A stretch of 64,000 nt of DNA from an uncultured Verrucomicrobiae bacterium. GTDB taxonomy: Bacteria > Verrucomicrobiota > Verrucomicrobiia > Chthoniobacterales > UBA10450. Location of the stretch: NCBI GenBank assembly GCA_963815455.1, contig CAWFGO010000001.1, positions 1,376,001 through 1,440,000 on the forward strand. Direction: 5' to 3'. The translations under genes were made by a program, and so were the position numbers. Of this stretch, positions 30,710 to 40,933 are shown piece after piece; within the stretch, counting starts at the first letter, position 1; the number at the start of each line of letters is the position of its first letter. The notes below the pieces were generated by a model. The model did not search any database and was not told the origin of the DNA. It was given only the letters and a program-made list of their open reading frames with translations.

Positions 30710-32949
30710 TCTTTGGAATGACGGCCCTGGCCATCGGGCCGGGATATCAACGGCAGAAATACTTCAAGTGTTGTTCCTTTGTTTGGCGACGAGATAATCT
30801 TGGCTTGCCCGCCGACCAGAGCGGCGCGCTCTCTCATTCCGATCAGACCAAGCTCCGCTGCTTGCCCTCGGACCAACTCGACATCGAAGCCGATGCCGTC
30901 ATCTCGAATGAAAAGCCTCAATTTCTCGTTCTCGCACCGAAGATCGACATCGATTTGCGTCGCATTCGCATGGCGCACCGCGTTGGTGATCCCTTCCTGC
31001 GCAATACGGAAACACGTCGTCTGGACTTCCGGATCGAGGTTCTCCGGCATATTCTCCGCCGAAAAACTCACTGCGACCGACGCGCGCCGTCCCTGTTCAT
31101 GAAGCAACGAACGGAGCGCGGGAACTAACCCCAAGTCGTCCAGCATCGAAGGGCGCAAATCCAATGAAATTTGTCGGACCTGGCCAAGCAAACGGTCGAG
31201 AATCGCCGTGGTTTCCTGCAGTCGCGCAACGGTGGCCCTATCCCCGTTAGCTATGACTGATTGCAGATTGAGTTTAGCCGCCGTCAGCGCCTGGCCAATC
31301 TCGTCGTGCAACTCCCGCGCAAGGTGACGACGTTCTTCCTCCTGAACTTTAAACAAGCGGCGCGAGAGAAACCGCAGTTGATGATTCGCCGTGTTCAGGG
31401 CTTCTTTCGCCTTCTTGCTTGCGGTCACTTCCACAGCGATAACACCGACCGCTTCCGGCTGGCCATGTCTCCCAACAATCGGGAACAGCGATTCCATCCA
31501 GTACCCGGTGACGCCTGGCTTCCGCGGCGTTTCGCCGTTCAGTTCGATGTCCAAAATCGGCTCTCCCGTGGCGAGTACCCGCTCGAGCAGCGGCGTGATT
31601 ACGGGGCTAAACGAGGGCAAGACTTCTTGAATCGTCCTGCCCAGATGTTCCTTCGCCGGCAGCCCATTCATGCCGGCCAGGGTATCGTTGATCTGAGCAT
31701 AGCGCAGTTTCTCATCAAGAATGCACAAGCCCGCCGTGGCGCCGGCGAAGAAGGAATTCAACCGTCGTTCTCGCAGCGCGACCTGGCGCTCCAGCTCCTT
31801 GCGCTCGGTAACGTCGCGGGCCACACAAAAAAACATCGGTTGTCCGGCAATTCGCACGCCCGTCGCGCACACCTCCACGTCGAAGACTGAGGAGTTATCT
31901 TTGCAACGGTGTCGCGTTTCAAAGACTACGCTTTTGTCAACTAGGGTGAGCAGGCTTTCTTGCAATTGTTTACGCGTCCATTGCGCATCCCAGTCTGCCA
32001 CGTTTAAGTTTTTCGCTTCCGACTCCGAATAACCGCGCCGGCGCAGAAAAGTGCCGTTCGCTTCCAGCAGATCACCTGTCTGGTTCAGGACGTAAATGGA
32101 ATCGCCCGATGTTTCCAGCAGGGTCTTGTAGCGAAGCGCTCGTTCGGCAAGGGCTTCTTCGACGCATTTTTGTTCAGTAATGTCGCGCGCGATAGTAGAT
32201 GCGCCGGCAATCTCTCCTTTGCTGTTCCTGGTCGGTGACACCGTTAGAGAGACGGAAATCTGCCTGCCGTCTTTGCGAAGGCGCGTGGTCTCGAAATGTT
32301 TAACGGGTTCGCCACGTTTGATCGACTCCAGGATCCTGTCGATTTCAGCGGCCTGTTCCGGTCGAGTCAGAATCGTGATCGGGCGGCCAATCGCCTCGGA
32401 GGCCGAGTAACCGTAAATCCTCTCTGCGGCCGCATTCCAGGAGACGATCACTCCATTCAGTGTCTTGCTGATAATGGCGTCATCGGAGGAATTGACGATC
32501 GCCGCCAACTCCGCATCTGCTCGCTCTGCTTTAAGACGCTCGGTGATATCAATACTCGCGCCGCCCACCATTTCGACAGCGCCAGTTGAGTCGAAGATTG
32601 GAAATTTGGTCACCAGTGAATGGCGAGCTTCACCATTCCGAAAATATGGCTCAACCATTTGCAGCGGTTTGCGGGTGGCGATGACAGTTTCGTCGTTACT
32701 GCGAAAGGTGGCGGCAATTTCCGCCGGCCAGAGATCGGCGTCTGTCTTACCCAGCCAGCCCGCCCGATACGGCTCCAATTGCGCGAGCAGGTGGTTGGTA
32801 AAGACATAGCGTCCCTCCAAGTCCTTCATCCATGCGTATCCCGACAAATGGTTCATGAAAGTCGCGAACCGCTGTTCGCTCTGCCGTAGCGTTTCTTCCA
32901 ATGAAGGCACGTTCGATTTACCGGGCAATGTCATCGCTGAGTGCGTCAC
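30706..32949 (-). CDS. Multi-PAS HisKA_3 (NarX/UhpB-type) histidine kinase
   Basis: EEERRHLARELHDEIGQ, LRPSMLDDLGL, QEGITNAVRHA, GLIGMRER; four PAS. Confidence 0.95.
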   Translation of the reverse strand: MTHSAMTLPGKSNVPSLEETLRQSEQRFATFMNHLSGYAWMKDLEGRYVFTNHLLAQLEPYRAGWLGKTDADLWPAEIAATFRSNDETVIATRKPLQMVEPYFRNGEARHSLVTKFPIFDSTGAVEMVGGASIDITERLKAERADAELAAIVNSSDDAIISKTLNGVIVSWNAAAERIYGYSASEAIGRPITILTRPEQAAEIDRILESIKRGEPVKHFETTRLRKDGRQISVSLTVSPTRNSKGEIAGASTIARDITEQKCVEEALAERALRYKTLLETSGDSIYVLNQTGDLLEANGTFLRRRGYSESEAKNLNVADWDAQWTRKQLQESLLTLVDKSVVFETRHRCKDNSSVFDVEVCATGVRIAGQPMFFCVARDVTERKELERQVALRERRLNSFFAGATAGLCILDEKLRYAQINDTLAGMNGLPAKEHLGRTIQEVLPSFSPVITPLLERVLATGEPILDIELNGETPRKPGVTGYWMESLFPIVGRHGQPEAVGVIAVEVTASKKAKEALNTANHQLRFLSRRLFKVQEEERRHLARELHDEIGQALTAAKLNLQSVIANGDRATVARLQETTAILDRLLGQVRQISLDLRPSMLDDLGLVPALRSLLHEQGRRASVAVSFSAENMPENLDPEVQTTCFRIAQEGITNAVRHANATQIDVDLRCENEKLRLFIRDDGIGFDVELVRGQAAELGLIGMRERAALVGGQAKIISSPNKGTTLEVFLPLISRPDGQGRHSKE

Positions 32950-33349
32950 TATCGTCTACGGCTTTTCTCAGCCGAAGTTCTCGAAAAACTTTAGGAATTT
33001 TGTTTGCCAAAAAATCAAGAAGGTTTGTCTCGTCGCGTCTGTTCCGGATCGGAGATGTCCATCTTGCGCAGCCGTCGCCAGTCCAGCCGGCGAAAGGAAG
33101 CAGTGCTGCGTCGCAGGTATAGAACTTCCCCAGCCGTCGCCCTTTTCGGCCCGGCGCCCCACCGCAGTTAGCTCCGTGGGACATATCTCCAGGTCCTGGA
33201 ACCGAAACCTAACCAGCCCGAGGCCCTTCCCGCAAGACAGTTTTTTTCGTCTCATCCCGTATTTCGTCATGATTGGATCAAAGCTCCGTACTTTGCGCAG
33301 CGACCATCGGTCCGTTCCTGGCTGGTTTGTTCAGTCCGCCGGATTTTGC

Positions 33350-33625
33350 ATGAACAAACAGGGTATCGACGATCTTCTCTCCGCCATCATCAGCAGCGGA
33401 GACGGCATCTCCGACCTGCTTTTTACACCGGGCAAGCCGCCGTTAGTCGAGTCATACGGCAGTTTGAACGAATTCTCGATCGAAACACCAACCGATCTGG
33501 CCCGAACCGACGCTCCCAAACTAATCCTGCTCGACCTCTTTTCTCCGGGAGGCGAAATTCGAGTGTCTCGTCGCATTTATTTATTTTATTCTCATTACAG
33601 GAGTGGCCGCACGGTCGGTAGGTGA
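33350..33625 (+). pseudogene. 5' remnant of a PilT/PilU-type ATPase gene
   Basis: MNKQGIDDLLSAIISSGDGISDLLFTPGKPPLVESYGSL resembles PilT N-terminus; similarity ends after ~48 aa, no Walker A. Confidence 0.6.
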
Positions 33626-33850
33626 AAATGATCCAGTTGGCGCTTTTACGGTGATTTGACTCGTCGTTCCTGTTGCTCGCGCTCCTAACGATTCGCGGAT
33701 GTCGCAACAACTAAAACCGGAGTGCCTGCCATCGGATTAGTCCTGCTCATTATGGTACAGCGTAGTGCATGCAGTAGACGGCTATCTGTGAGGGCAATTC
33801 TCAGATGGACGAGTGTAACGAGATACCTGAACTGCGACTCATGCTCGCGC

Positions 33851-34624
33851 CTATGCGGCGGGTTCCCCAACGCGAAGACTCATGCCCATGACCCGAAAGA
33901 TTCGGTCGCGTTTCTCCAGGTAAGCCGGCGAATCAAGATCCCGCGGCCGCGGAAGATCGACATCGACAATTTCCTGGATGGTCGCCGGCCGATTGCTCAT
34001 GACCAGAACGCGGTCCGCGAGCTGGATCGCTTCTTCAATGTCGTGGGTAACGAACAGGATTGTCTTCTTTTCGCTTTGCCAAATCCGCACCAGGTCGTTG
34101 CGCATTTTTAATCGGGTCATGAAATCGAGCGCGCCGAACGGTTCGTCCATGTAAATGATGTCCGGATTTGCGGCGAGAGCGCGGGCGATCTCGACCCGTT
34201 GACGCATGCCGCCGGATAGCTCTCTCGGATAAGCGTTCTCGAAACCGCGCAAGCCCACCATGTCGATGTAATGGGCTATGACGCGGTCGCGGTCGATTCG
34301 AGCGCGGTTGCGCAAACCGAATCCGACATTTTCATGCACGTTCAACCAAGGGAAAACGCCGTTCTCCTGGAAAACAAAAATCCGGCGCGGATCGGGACCG
34401 CGGACCGGCTCGCCTTCAACCGCCAGGTCGCCGGAGTTCGCCTTAAGAAATCCGGCCACAATATTGAGCAGCGTGGATTTGCCGCAACCGCTCGGCCCGA
34501 CGATGCAAACAAATTCCCCGTGGGCGACTTCAGCGCTCACGTTTTCAAGCACATCGATCTGTTCGCCAGGTTGTTTCCCCGGGAAACCAATAGAGACGTT
34601 CCGAATCGAGACCGCGGTTTTCAT
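33851..34624 (-). CDS. ABC transporter ATP-binding protein, NitT/TauT family
   Basis: GPSGCGKST, LSGGMRQR, MDEPFGALD, FVTHDIEEA. Confidence 0.95.
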   Translation of the reverse strand: MKTAVSIRNVSIGFPGKQPGEQIDVLENVSAEVAHGEFVCIVGPSGCGKSTLLNIVAGFLKANSGDLAVEGEPVRGPDPRRIFVFQENGVFPWLNVHENVGFGLRNRARIDRDRVIAHYIDMVGLRGFENAYPRELSGGMRQRVEIARALAANPDIIYMDEPFGALDFMTRLKMRNDLVRIWQSEKKTILFVTHDIEEAIQLADRVLVMSNRPATIQEIVDVDLPRPRDLDSPAYLEKRDRIFRVMGMSLRVGEPAA

Positions 34625-34629
34625 GAGGG

Positions 34630-34787
34630 AAATGACGAATAACGAATGACCCGCCCTCGCCAGGCTTCGGCGTGGCAGGCGAATGACGAAGAAACAACGA
34701 AGCACGAATTCATTTAAGAGTAGCTGCCAGTTTCGTTATTCGATTATTTGGATTTGTTTTGGCATTCGACATTCGGATTTCGTCGTT
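34630..34787. repeat. Heptamer-type intergenic repeats in inverted arrangement, carrying a 30-bp hairpin insert at 34651..34680
   Basis: GAAATGACGAATAACGAATGAC[CCGCCCTCGCCAGGCTTCGGCGTGGCAGGC]GAATGACGAA ... TTTCGTTATTCG...CATTCGACATTCGGATTTCGTC. Confidence 0.7.
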
Positions 34788-34798
34788 GCGAAGCGTTT

Positions 34799-35767
34799 TT
34801 AGCGCTTCGCGTAGCCCCAGCGCACTTCGTCGAATTTTTCCAATTGCCGGACAAGCAGATCGAGACCCAAACCGATAAAACCGATCATCACCATTCCTGC
34901 CACGACCAGGTCGTAACGCTTGCCGGCGTTGCGGGCATCGATAATCAGGTAACCGAGACCGCTATTGACCGCGATCATTTCCGCGGCAACCACGACCAGC
35001 CAGGCAACACCGAGGGCAATACGGATTCCGGTGATGATCTGGGGCAGACTCGCGCGAAAAATCACCTGACGAAAAAGTTCGGCGCCGCTCAGGCCAAAGT
35101 TTTGCGCCGCGCGCAAGTAGACCGGTTGCATGTTTTGCACTGCGGCAATGGCCGAGACCGTGATTGGAAAAACACTGGCGAGAAAGATCAGAAAAATCGG
35201 CGCGGCATCGTTCACGCCGAACCAGAGGATCGCGACTGGAATCCAGGCAATCGGTGAGATCGGGCGAAGAATTTGCAAGATCGGATTGAACGCCTGGAAC
35301 GCCCGGCTGTACCAACCAAGAACGAGTCCCGCCGGCACGCCGACCAGGACGGCGAGCGCGAATCCCCACGTCACGCGAAAGAGCGAGGCGACGATATATT
35401 TAACAAGCAAACCTTTTTGAAACAGCTCGACGATCCCGCGAAGGACTTCGCCCGGCGTTGGAAAGAGGACGCTGCCCGAAAGCCGCACCGCGATTCCCCA
35501 CAGCGTAAAAAACAGCGCCAGCATTCCGATCGGGCGAATGATCCGCCAGAATCGCGAATCGGGATTTTGAAGCGACGATGTCGATCGTCTCGCATCCTTC
35601 CGGGGAGGACAGGCCGCTGGCCTGTTCTTTTCGGCAGCCTGCCGGAAAGCCTGGGGGGCCGTGCCTACGTCTACCTCTGTGGAAAGGTCCTTCGATGCGT
35701 CCGGCAAACTGCCGGACGCCGCAGGCTGGCAGTCTGCGCTCCCCAGAGTGTCCGATTCCGCGCTCAT
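34799..35767 (-). CDS. ABC transporter permease, NitT/TauT family, with palindrome-derived N-terminal extension
   Basis: SLFRV, LRPISPIAWIP, AWLVVVAAEM, GLGYLI. Confidence 0.95.
   Translation of the reverse strand: MSAESDTLGSADCQPAASGSLPDASKDLSTEVDVGTAPQAFRQAAEKNRPAACPPRKDARRSTSSLQNPDSRFWRIIRPIGMLALFFTLWGIAVRLSGSVLFPTPGEVLRGIVELFQKGLLVKYIVASLFRVTWGFALAVLVGVPAGLVLGWYSRAFQAFNPILQILRPISPIAWIPVAILWFGVNDAAPIFLIFLASVFPITVSAIAAVQNMQPVYLRAAQNFGLSGAELFRQVIFRASLPQIITGIRIALGVAWLVVVAAEMIAVNSGLGYLIIDARNAGKRYDLVVAGMVMIGFIGLGLDLLVRQLEKFDEVRWGYAKR
35602..35744. repeat. REPIN/BIME-like composite palindrome, copy A (inside permease CDS)
   Basis: GGGGAGGACAGGCCGCTGGCCTGT ... GCAGGCTGGCAGTCTGCGCTCCCC; same ends as 49578..49711. 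Confidence 0.85.
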
Positions 35768-36801
35768 TTTTTTGGCTCCCAGTCGTAAGGCTGCACCGCG
35801 CTGTCGTCGGTTACAAACGAGGTGTCTGCGTAATCGTCGAAATGCGCGGTGCCGCTTAAAATGCCGGCGGCGCGTCCGAGTTTTTCAATTTCCTCGAAGT
35901 CCGGTTTACGCAGTATGAGGTTGGTGTACTTCACTCGATCAGGCGGTTTACTCAGCACGAAGGCCAGCAGTCGCGGATCCTGATTGTAATAATGATTGGC
36001 CACGAACTGCGCTGCTTCCATCCGGTGTTCCATGGTTTTGTCGATCCATTTGCCACTCTTGGCGATGCCGTCGACCAGGCGTTGCACTTCGTCGCGATGA
36101 TTCCTGATCATGTCCTCATGCACGGCGAGCACACACGAAATGAAATTTGGCCACACATCTTTCGTTAGCCAAAGCACGCGTCCGTAACCGTCCAATTCCG
36201 TCTGGGCCATGAACGGCTCGCCGCTCGAAATCGCGTCCACGGCCCTGGCGTAAAGCGCCGCCGGCATGTCGGGTGGCGGCATCTCAACAAGATCGACATC
36301 GCCCGGCGACATGCCTGCTTGCTCGAGCGCACGAAAAATCAGGAGGCGTTGATTGGAGAACCGGTTTGGCACCGCGATGCGTTTGCCCCGCAAATCCTGC
36401 ATCCGATAAATCTGCGAATCTTTGTGCACGACGACAGCGGAACCGTCGCGATGCCCGAGATAGACGATTTTGATCGGCACGCCTTGTTCGCGAAGCGCGA
36501 TCGCCATCGGAGCAAGAATGAACGTCGCCGGCGTATAGCCTGAGAGGTAGGCCTCTTTCAGTTCCGGCCAGCCATTGAACCGGACTGGATCGAAAAGGCT
36601 CTCACCAACGATCTGCTTGTTGATGAAATCGGTAACCGGGCAAGTGAGATGACACGTTACCGGAAGAAATCCGATTCGGATTTTATTGGAGGCAGTCGCG
36701 CGTTTCGGATCGAACAAATGCAGATTGAGCCAGGCATGAACGAGGGTGATTAGCGCCAGCCAGCCGATGGCGATGAGGATGAGAGTTTTGCGGAACGACA
36801 T
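35764..36801 (-). CDS. ABC transporter substrate-binding protein, NMT1/NrtA-like
   Basis: N-terminal TM, IRIGFLPVTCHL, LRGKRIAVP, MPPPDM, EPF, SCVLAV. Confidence 0.92.
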   Translation of the reverse strand: MSFRKTLILIAIGWLALITLVHAWLNLHLFDPKRATASNKIRIGFLPVTCHLTCPVTDFINKQIVGESLFDPVRFNGWPELKEAYLSGYTPATFILAPMAIALREQGVPIKIVYLGHRDGSAVVVHKDSQIYRMQDLRGKRIAVPNRFSNQRLLIFRALEQAGMSPGDVDLVEMPPPDMPAALYARAVDAISSGEPFMAQTELDGYGRVLWLTKDVWPNFISCVLAVHEDMIRNHRDEVQRLVDGIAKSGKWIDKTMEHRMEAAQFVANHYYNQDPRLLAFVLSKPPDRVKYTNLILRKPDFEEIEKLGRAAGILSGTAHFDDYADTSFVTDDSAVQPYDWEPKK

Positions 36802-36921
36802 GGAAACTGGGTGAGCAGTGTAGCCGCTTCGCCATCCGAAGCGAGACGGAGATGCAGCGCGGGGACGGCTGGCGCGTTTTCCCAAGGCGAGGAAACGCAT
36901 CCAAGGAAATCAACTGGCGAC

Positions 36922-37920
36922 TTATTTCTTATCCGGGTGCCGCAGATAAAGCGCATCGGCCGCCGATGTCGATGATAGCGAAATTAAAGCCGAGATACTC
37001 TGCGCCAAGGAAACCCGCATTCGATTCCGACGCGATTTTCGAGCGCAGACAGATCTTCCGGGTAGATTGACTACCGCCACTTCCGCGTTTGTGAGCGTAA
37101 AGCCGCCGATGCTTTAGTTCTTTCACATTGGCGCCGGTTCATCATTTGTGAACCTCCTCCAGAGCCAGTCGTCGGAAAAATGCGGGAGTGGGTCAAAGCG
37201 CAATGTCCGCCTTGAGCGGCGACTTGTTTATCAATAGAGCGTGGTGGACGAGCCGGTATCGAGAAGAAATCTCGTTGCATGCCCATTGAGAGAGCCTTCG
37301 ACATCAAAATGAGCCGTCGAGTTCAACCGAATGGGCACCCGGGTGAATCCTTTGCCCGCGAGAAAACTCGCCAGCTTTTGGCTGATACTACTGCTCGGGC
37401 CGTTCGGATTAACGTAGAGCATGTGCCGGGTGCAATCGATGATCATCCCAAATTTGTCCATCTCATGTAAACCAAGAAGCCCATTGCATGTGTTGGCAGG
37501 CGGCGATGTTGACTGGTAGTGTCCGGTTGATCCCGTATGCGTGCTCGACAGGAGGGCCGACTGGGCACATTCGTCAAGACACAGTTGCCCATGGCAATGC
37601 TCTTGACCTTGCTTTTGTCGTACCGCTCCCAGCGCGGCTAAATGCCCCGGCTACGGCGACTTCGTTTGCTCAACTTGAGCCCGAACGTGTCCTCATGCTG
37701 TTCTTGTCGATGAGCGTGAATCGGTGCGCCGGTGTCGATCATCAGCGCGGCCTTTTGATTGTTAATGGCAACCGGCGCGAACAAATGGTTGCCGAAAGCG
37801 CAGTTCGAGCTTGGCGCCGGCGAGTCCCTGGCCTGCCAGGAAACTGGTGAGCGTCTGCGACTGGGTTGAGAGCGGAGCGAGGGTCGCGATTAAAAGCGTC
37901 CAGACGAATAATCTTTTCAT
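36922..37920 (-). CDS. Secreted two-domain retropepsin-like aspartyl protease, many frameshifts; ends approximate
   Basis: Signal peptide MKRLFVWTLLIATLAPL; motifs MIDTGAP, GLLG, IIDC, FLLDTGSSTT, GFLGAEYL...AIIDIG in different frames. Confidence 0.75.
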
Positions 37921-37958
37921 GCCAGCAGGCTATCAAATACCCGATAACCAGTGCAAGC

Positions 37959-40190
37959 CTAGAGCAACTGATAAGGATCGACATCGACAGCGACTGCCAC
38001 GTCCTCTGGGAACGGCAATTTATCGAGCGTTTCGCGAATGAGCCGGCTCAGACGCATGATCGCTTCGCCGCGGATCAAAATGTGAAAACGAAATTGTCCC
38101 TGCAACTTTTCCAGCGGCGCGGGGGTCGGCTCGCCCAGGATGAATTCGTCCGGGAGCGTTTCTTTCAATCTGCGCTTTAATGTTTCGGCCGAAAATTTCG
38201 AGCGCGCTTCGTGGGCCGAGCGCACCGTGATCAGGATCGCGTGCTTGAACGGGGGAAAATCGCAACGTTCGCGAAATTCGAGCTCCTGCTGAAAGTAGCC
38301 GGCGAAATCGTGGTGCCGGGCAAACTGGATCGACGGCGAAAACGGCGTGTAGGTCTGGACAAATACTTCGCCCGGCGTGTCGCCGCGCCCGGCCCGGCCG
38401 GCCACTTGGGTGAGAAGCTGGAACGTTCTTTCACCGGCGCGAAAATCCGGCATATGCAGGGCGAGATCGGCATTGATGATGCCGACGAGCGTGACGTTCG
38501 GAAAATGCAGGCCTTTGGCGATCATCTGCGTGCCGACGAGAATGTCGATCTTGCCGCTTCGAAAACTTCGCAACGTCTCCCGATACGATTCCTTGCGCGT
38601 CATCGAGTCCGCATCCATGCGACGCACCACGGCCTTGGGGAAAATCTGGGAGACCGTGGCCTCAACTTTCTCCGTGCCGAAGCCGGCGTAGATCAGCGCG
38701 TCCTTGCCGCAAGCCGGACATTTTTTCGGCACCGCCGCGGTGTGTCCGCACAAATGACAGCTCAACCGGGCAAAATGGCGGTGGAATGTGAGCGCGACAC
38801 TGCAGTTCGGACAGTTGCGCGCTTCCCCGCAGTCGCTGCACAGCAGCGACGTGGAAAATCCGCGCCGATTCAAGAACAGAATCGTCTGCTCGCGTTTTTC
38901 CAAACGATCGGCCATGGCCGCGCGCAATTTGTCGGACAAAATGGCGATCGACTTTTGTTTGCGTCGTTCCTGGCGAAGATCGACAACGCGCATCAGCGGC
39001 ATTTGTTTGTCGTCGATTCGTTGGGTGAGCGTGGCCAGCCGATACTTGCCGGTGGTCGCGTTGTGATAACTCTCGAGCGACGGCGTAGCGCTTCCCAGAA
39101 CCACGACGCACTTCTCGATCTTCGCCCGAACCACCGCCACGTCCCGGGCGTGATAACGCGGCGCTTCCTCCTGTTTGTAGGTATTCTCATGCTCTTCATC
39201 GACCACGATGAGCCCGAGATTTTGTAGCGGCGCGAACACGGCGCTGCGCGGGCCAATGGCGATCCGGGCTCGGCCGGAATGAATCTTGTGCCATTCATCG
39301 TGGCGCTCGCCTTCGGACAAATGGCTGTGCAACACCGCAACGGCGTCCTGCGCATCGGCGAAGCGGCCCTTGAATCGCTCAACAGTTTGCGGCGTAAGCG
39401 AAATTTCCGGAACTAAAACAATCGCGGTGCGTCCCCGTTCCAACGTTGCCCGGATCGCTTGCAGATAGATTTCCGTTTTGCCGGAGCCGGTGACGCCATG
39501 AAGCAAAATCGGGTGGGCATTCTCGGGCGAATCGAGCGCTTCCCGAATTTCCTTCAGCGCGAGCGCCTGCTCTTCGTTCAAAACGAGGTTCGAGGTCTGC
39601 ATGAATTGCTCGTCGCCATGCGGATCGCGCACCACGGCTTCCTCGCGCAATTCGGCCAGACCACGTTTCACGAGTGCGCGCAGGGTTTGATTATCGAGCG
39701 ACGTCTTTCGCAGAAGCTCAGCCGCGGGAACAGGCGCCTCCAGTTGGGCGATGGCTTCCAAGAGTTCGGCCTGCCGCGGCGCGCGCTTCCGCAATTTCTC
39801 CAACTCTTCTTTGTCGATCTTGCGTCCGGGCTGAACAAACAATCGTTTCTTCCAGCCGACTTCCGCGCGCCGAATTACCTGGGGCAACAGACTGCGCATG
39901 ACCGTTTCGACCGGACAGCAATAATAAGAGCCGATCCATTTCGCCAGCTCGAGCAACGGCTCGCTCAAAATCGGGGCTTCGCCCACAACCGCTTCGATCG
40001 GTCGAATTCCTGCCGCTTCGCTTCGGTCGAGCGTGGCCACCACCGTCGCAAGCCCCGATTTATCGCGAAAGGGAACACGCACCCGCGAACCAACGCTGAC
40101 CCGCTCCGCCAGAATTTCCGGCACGGAATAATCCAGCTCGCGATGGATTGCGCGATCCATAATTACCCGGACGTAGCTTGGCTTGATCAT
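37959..40190 (-). CDS. priA: Primosomal protein N' (replication restart helicase)
   Basis: HGVTGSGKTEIY, VPEISLTPQ, VDEEH, NRRGFS, four CxxC, GTQMIAKGLHFP, QVAGRAGR, VDVDP. Confidence 0.98.
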   Translation of the reverse strand: MIKPSYVRVIMDRAIHRELDYSVPEILAERVSVGSRVRVPFRDKSGLATVVATLDRSEAAGIRPIEAVVGEAPILSEPLLELAKWIGSYYCCPVETVMRSLLPQVIRRAEVGWKKRLFVQPGRKIDKEELEKLRKRAPRQAELLEAIAQLEAPVPAAELLRKTSLDNQTLRALVKRGLAELREEAVVRDPHGDEQFMQTSNLVLNEEQALALKEIREALDSPENAHPILLHGVTGSGKTEIYLQAIRATLERGRTAIVLVPEISLTPQTVERFKGRFADAQDAVAVLHSHLSEGERHDEWHKIHSGRARIAIGPRSAVFAPLQNLGLIVVDEEHENTYKQEEAPRYHARDVAVVRAKIEKCVVVLGSATPSLESYHNATTGKYRLATLTQRIDDKQMPLMRVVDLRQERRKQKSIAILSDKLRAAMADRLEKREQTILFLNRRGFSTSLLCSDCGEARNCPNCSVALTFHRHFARLSCHLCGHTAAVPKKCPACGKDALIYAGFGTEKVEATVSQIFPKAVVRRMDADSMTRKESYRETLRSFRSGKIDILVGTQMIAKGLHFPNVTLVGIINADLALHMPDFRAGERTFQLLTQVAGRAGRGDTPGEVFVQTYTPFSPSIQFARHHDFAGYFQQELEFRERCDFPPFKHAILITVRSAHEARSKFSAETLKRRLKETLPDEFILGEPTPAPLEKLQGQFRFHILIRGEAIMRLSRLIRETLDKLPFPEDVAVAVDVDPYQLL

Positions 40191-40276
40191 GCAATTCTGC
40201 CCGTAATCGTGCTCGTGCACCTGCTCAAGATCGACTATTAGTCAATCGAGCACGAGCATGATCCGGAGCACGAATA

Positions 40277-40882
40277 ATGATTAGGTTTTTGTTCAAGTTG
40301 ATCCTGTGCGGGCTGCTCGCGCTTGGAGCGGGCTTTGCCTATATCGCGATTCAATCGGGCGATCCGGTTTACTCGGTCTTCGAATGGGTCAGCCCGGCCC
40401 GGTTTCGCCAATACGACAACCTGATCCGATCAATCGCGGCCGAAAATCAGCTCGATCCCATGCTGATAAAATCCGTCGTCTGGCGGGAGAGCCGATTCGA
40501 TCCGCAAAAATTCGGCAGCGCCGGCGAGCGTGGCCTGATGCAGGTCAGCGATAAGGCGGCCGACGAATGGGCCCGCGAAAATAAGATCGACAACTTCCGC
40601 GTGGAAGATCTGTTCGATGCGAAAACGAATCTCAGTGCCGGTGCGTGGTATTTGCGGCGCGCCTTCGATCACTGGCAGTATCAATCCGATCCGCTCCCAT
40701 TTGCCCTGGCCGAATACAATGCCGGAGCGAGTCGGGCTCAGCGCTGGGCCGGCGGCAGCGGAACCACGACGCCAATGCCGGCCCGAGATTTTGTCCGCAA
40801 CATCGATTTTCCCGGAACCCGCAAATACGTCGATTCGGTGATCGAGCGTTACCAATTTTACAAGCGGCGCGGGAGAATGTGA
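40277..40882 (+). CDS. Lytic transglycosylase (SLT domain)
   Basis: WRESRF, GLMQV, GAWYL, ALAEYNAG, TRKYV. Confidence 0.93.
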   Translation: MIRFLFKLILCGLLALGAGFAYIAIQSGDPVYSVFEWVSPARFRQYDNLIRSIAAENQLDPMLIKSVVWRESRFDPQKFGSAGERGLMQVSDKAADEWARENKIDNFRVEDLFDAKTNLSAGAWYLRRAFDHWQYQSDPLPFALAEYNAGASRAQRWAGGSGTTTPMPARDFVRNIDFPGTRKYVDSVIERYQFYKRRGRM

Positions 40883-40883
40883 A

Positions 40884-40931
40884 GTAGCACAGGCTTCCAG
40901 CTTGTGGGGCGGGCAGGCGTCTCGCCTGCCG
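40884..40931. repeat. REP-like double hairpin between convergent genes
   Basis: GTAGCACAGGCTTCCAGCTTGTG and GGCAGGCGTCTCGCCTGCC. Confidence 0.7.
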
Positions 40932-40933
40932 AA

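Noticed and set aside
7930..33850. attR duplicate of the tRNA-Thr 3' end delimiting an island
   Set aside because: I found no second copy by eye and no integrase; the island idea stays unproven
40203..40274. Hexamer-type GAGCAC/GTGCTC inverted repeats between priA and SLT as an ncRNA
   Set aside because: Short, overlaps a divergent promoter region and has no second copy here; likely another simple intergenic repeat
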